DNA of 36,442 nt, taken from positions 8,274,072-8,310,513 of the forward strand of contig NC_068988.1 in assembly GCF_001194135.2 (NCBI RefSeq), written 5' to 3'. Below, one piece after another: positions 33,220-36,442 of this stretch. The notes beneath the pieces were generated by a model. The model ran no database searches, was not told the origin of the DNA, and was given only the letters and a program-made list of their open reading frames with translations. The translations under genes were made by a program, and so were the position numbers. This stretch comes from Octopus bimaculoides (taxonomy: Eukaryota). Numbering within the stretch: position 1 is the first letter of the stretch; every line of letters starts with the position of its first letter.

Positions 33220-33616
33220 GTAAAGATTGTTTGCCAACATAACATAACAGTCCTGGTTTAGGATGAACGTTGCTGTAATTTAGCCCCAGGAAACCCGGAA
33301 ATTGCGATACACAGATATTGTTATGAGCTGAGTGGGGGTGCTAGATTCCCTTGTTCGAAAATATAAGGACACAGATCGTGTCGTATTGCCAACATAACAT
33401 AACAGTCCTGGTTTAGGATGGATCTTGCTGTAATTTAGCCCCAGGAAACACGGAAATTGCGATACACAGATATTGTTATGAGCTGAGTGGGGGTGCTAGA
33501 TTCCCTTGTTCGAAAATATAAGGACACGATCGTGTCGTATTGTCTCCTGGGGCTAAATTACAGCAACATTCGTCCTAAACCAGGACTGCCATGTTATTTT
33601 GGCAAACAATCTTTAC
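33220..33616. mobile_element. MITE with 75-bp TIRs and an internal ~155-bp tandem duplication
   Basis: TIRs at 33220-33294 and 33542-33616 (6 mismatches); 33231-33385 is repeated at 33386-33539. Confidence 0.85.
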
Positions 33617-33656
33617 CATGACATCTGTACATCTTTGCATTTCAGTGACAAAAGTT

Positions 33657-34191
33657 TGTACATCACTTTTGCTACTCTCTCGGTTGCCATAGCAGGTTCC
33701 AGTGAGAAGCCTTGTAAGATGACTAGTAACTATTTTGGCTGCAAGTTTTATGACAGAGTTTTTTTGTTTTTGTTTTTTTTCCACGGCTTCGTCAAAAATG
33801 ACAGGAGCCTCCTCTACCTCCTACAAAATCTGTTTAACTCATAGATAAGACCCTGACAATTATAACAAACTGTATCCGATGATGAGGCTCCAGTCAAGGA
33901 GTTGTAGATTTGTTGGGGGCGTGGAGACACCCCTTAATTACTATTAATCCCAGATCCGTTCTGATCCTGAACAGTGGTACTTGTCAGGGTTTTAGCTATA
34001 GATTAATAGCTTTCCCAGGGGTAGAGGAGTTTTTCGTTGTTTTTGACCAAGTCGTGAGGAAGGCAATTCTTCTAGGAGAAATATATCCTGACATAAAACT
34101 TGCAGTCAAAACAGTTAGCAGTTTTCTCGCAACGCTTGTCACTGGAACATCTTACTACGGTGACCGAGAGAATGGCAGAAAGTGTTGTACA
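33657..34191. repeat. Older inverted repeat, ~100-bp diverged arms with a ~330-bp spacer
   Basis: 33657-33755 is a gapped reverse complement of 34089-34191 (shared CATAAAACTTGCAG.CAAAA.AGTTA, CACTGGAAC, ACCGAGAGA, AAAGTG.TGTACA). Confidence 0.75.
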
Positions 34192-34297
34192 TTCAGTGAC
34201 CTACAAATGTTTTACTATCATTTTATTTCTTGATATGTATATGGTTATTTAAATATAGAAATGTTTTTATTTTGTTTTGTTTTGTCTTGTTTTTCAG

Positions 34298-34363
34298 GAG
34301 TACCAAGATGATCCCAATTTCACAATCAAGAACAATGCCAATCATAGACATTTTGTGATGCAG
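34298..34363 (+). CDS. PDE7: PDE7 exon 9: [22 protein letters not shown]
   Basis: Acceptor TTGTTTTTCAG, donor GTAAAT at 34364; 66 nt, phase 0/0. HRHFVMQ resembles PDE7 HRHLVLQ. Confidence 0.92.
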
Positions 34364-34439
34364 GTAAATATATTCTTCCATTACTGTTATCTCTCCTCTC
34401 CCAAACACATGCACACACTCACGCCTTCTTACATACCCT

Positions 34440-34476
<37 letters not shown>

Positions 34477-34531
34477 AACTTGTTCTTTTTTATATTACAT
34501 AACTAATAGTGCCTCTGATGTTCCATTACAG

Positions 34532-34628
34532 ATCGCCATGAAATGTGCCGATATCAGTAACCCATGCCGGCTGTGGCCCGCCAGTAAGCAATGGAGTGAG
34601 AAAATCTGTGAAGAGTTCTTCCTACAAG
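34532..34628 (+). CDS. PDE7: PDE7 exon 10: [32 protein letters not shown](G)
   Basis: Acceptor TTCCATTACAG, donor GTACAA at 34629; 97 nt. Contains KCADISNP and EEFFxQG. Confidence 0.97.
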
Positions 34629-35766
34629 GTACAAATTATTTAGTAATATACTAACAGCTCGCATTTAAGAAACACACATTTCGTCGACTGACGATCGGGA
34701 ATCTCCACAGTTTCTGCACCTCCCGACAGTACCACTCTTTCCAACGTTACCGAGCAGTAGTGATGCCACCGATGAATATCTGTTTTCTTTTAGTCTACAC
34801 TGTAATACCATTTTTCTCTCAGTTATCCATGCAGTCACCATACCAAGATGAGTGGCGCTAAAACCACTCCACCTGTGCCTATAATAAAGTGCCACTCATT
34901 TTGTTTCATCCTCTCCTGCTACAATAACAGTAACAGCAACATACGCCTATTTCTAAATTGTTTAGAAATTAAATATCTGTTTGACAAACAGTAAGTAGCT
35001 GTCATCTATATGATGCACGGAGCATTAAAAATCCTTAAGAAACATATTTAATCTCCTTAACACTTTCTTAATGTTCCTTGCATTAAATAATATTTATTTA
35101 ATTATATTTTTAAATTTCTAAGAGTCTTTTTTTTTTTGCTCCAACGAATACACATTTATGAAAATTTACTTCGAAATTCGTTCGTTAACCACTTGAACGC
35201 ATTCCAAACATAGCTAAAATATTGAATTATTAATTGAAGTAGGTGCCAACAATGACTCGTATATGCAAATGTGTCAATCCAATTCTCTTAAGCTCTTGAA
35301 AATAGTCGCTAAATTGGAAGCGCTTCTGTGGACAGGTAAAAAGAATAATCTGCCTTTTGAGGAAATGAAAGCAAAATTGAAATTATTTCAGCAATTCTCA
35401 TTTTCTATTCATGAAAGTATTATATTTAAAGGTAATATATTTACATCTTTTATATATATTATTGGCTAAAAACAAAGGGGGTGGGGTAAAGACCCTCTTC
35501 GATCGTATATGACCATGGGATAACGCCTAAAAGTTACCCTCCGATGGCGCCTAAAAAGTTACCCTAAAGAGTTATCCTAAAAAGTTCGGGCAAGGTTGTT
35601 TATGGAAGACCAGCAGTCACCCATGCGTACCAGCTTCCCCACTCCACGCCCCCCGATGTTATCCGANNNNNNNNNNNNNNNNNNNNNNNNNNNNNNNNNN
35701 NNNNNNNNNNNNNNNNNNNNNNNNNNNNNNNNNNNNNNNNNNNNNNNNNNNNNNNNNNNNNNNNNN

Positions 35767-35809
<43 letters not shown>

Positions 35810-36149
35810 TGTATCGACCGAACTATCGGAGGTTGTTGTACACCGCTGGTCACAATGCGCTTCCTCACAATTCTGCATCTTTAGAATGAGGCCCAGACCA
35901 CTGGCTAGGAGTGCAAGCTAACATTCCTCCTGAATGGAACGCCAGTACGTCGCAAGGTTACTCATTAACCGTGAAGTGAACTGAACTGGACCAACGTGAA
36001 ATGAAGTATTTTGCAGAAGCACACAACACACAGCCGCTCTGGAAATTGAAACCTCGATCTTGCGATTGTAAATGCAACACCCTAAACACCTGACTAAATG
36101 CCTTCACACATAAAATGTTAGATCGATCGACAGATAGATGGATAGATAG

Positions 36150-36442
36150 ATAGATAGATAGACAGATAGGTTTCTTTATTAGCCACACAGGGCTCAACAC
36201 AGAGGGGACAAAATACAAATGTAGAGTTTTTTCTTTTCGAGTGGGGCGAAAACAAAGCAGAAAAAAAACAGAAGTGGGGACAACGATGAAAAAAAACATC
36301 GCAAAACGTTTGGGGTATTTACAAAAAATACGAATTAATACAGAAAATTCCCAATAAATGGGGAGGTTATCCGTGGAAAGAAAAACCTACGAAAAGACCA
36401 CGGTAACCTCGGTCCTTAGTGTCACAGTTTGTTAAATAAAAT
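36150..36442 (-). mobile_element. Probable LINE 3' end with a (CTAT)n tail
   Basis: The minus strand reads ..CCCTGTGTGGCTAATAAAGAAACCTATCTGTCTATCTATCTAT.., that is AATAAA followed by a tetranucleotide tail. No coding motif is visible. Confidence 0.4.

Larger units (their letters stand above)
3470..34628 (+). other. PDE7: Partial gene model: PDE7-family cAMP phosphodiesterase, 10 internal coding exons; 5' and 3' ends outside the window
   Basis: Hand-spliced exons all have AG/GT boundaries and compatible phases (1,0,1,1,0,0,2,0,0,1) and give a stop-free 948-nt frame. It carries the class I PDE motifs YHNxxHAAD, HDLDHPG, LENHH, ATD and KCADISNP. The strings [26 protein letters not shown] and SKQWSEK are PDE7-like rather than PDE4/8-like, judged from recalled family sequences, not a search. 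Confidence 0.9.

Noticed and set aside
33149-33632. 13-bp direct repeat GACATCTGTACAT (33149-33161, 33620-33632) as TSD of the 33220 MITE
   Set aside because: The left copy is ~60 bp away from the TIR, so it does not flank the element.
34630-36442. Next PDE7 exon (expected GDxE...SPLCD...IQ region with the invariant Gln)
   Set aside because: No AG-flanked frame with this motif was found. It lies beyond the window or in the 100-N gap of unknown true size.

Overview
This is AT-rich, microsatellite-laden animal genomic DNA, about 13% of it N-gaps (4,814 N in 10 gaps). The repeat content is typical of an octopus/coleoid draft assembly (inference). The window is the interior of one + strand gene: ten GT-AG exons (3470-34628, 948 nt) join in frame into a PDE7-type cyclic-nucleotide phosphodiesterase whose start and end lie outside the window. 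The introns hold tRNA-derived SINEs (several with target-site duplications, TSDs), RLE- and CR1-type LINE fragments, Tc1/mariner-type MITEs and many fold-back elements. The most unusual object is a ~550 bp palindromic element at 17650-18196, with a second, disrupted copy at 9109-10103. It has back-to-back tRNA-like Pol III heads at its centre, a Penelope-type minimal hammerhead ribozyme motif in each arm, a one-sided ~36 nt tail and flanking TSDs. The 17650 copy appears to have inserted into a PDE7 polypyrimidine tract. One arm (18070-18115) keeps a complete hammerhead core on the pre-mRNA strand. No searches or folding programs were run, so novelty is unverified.
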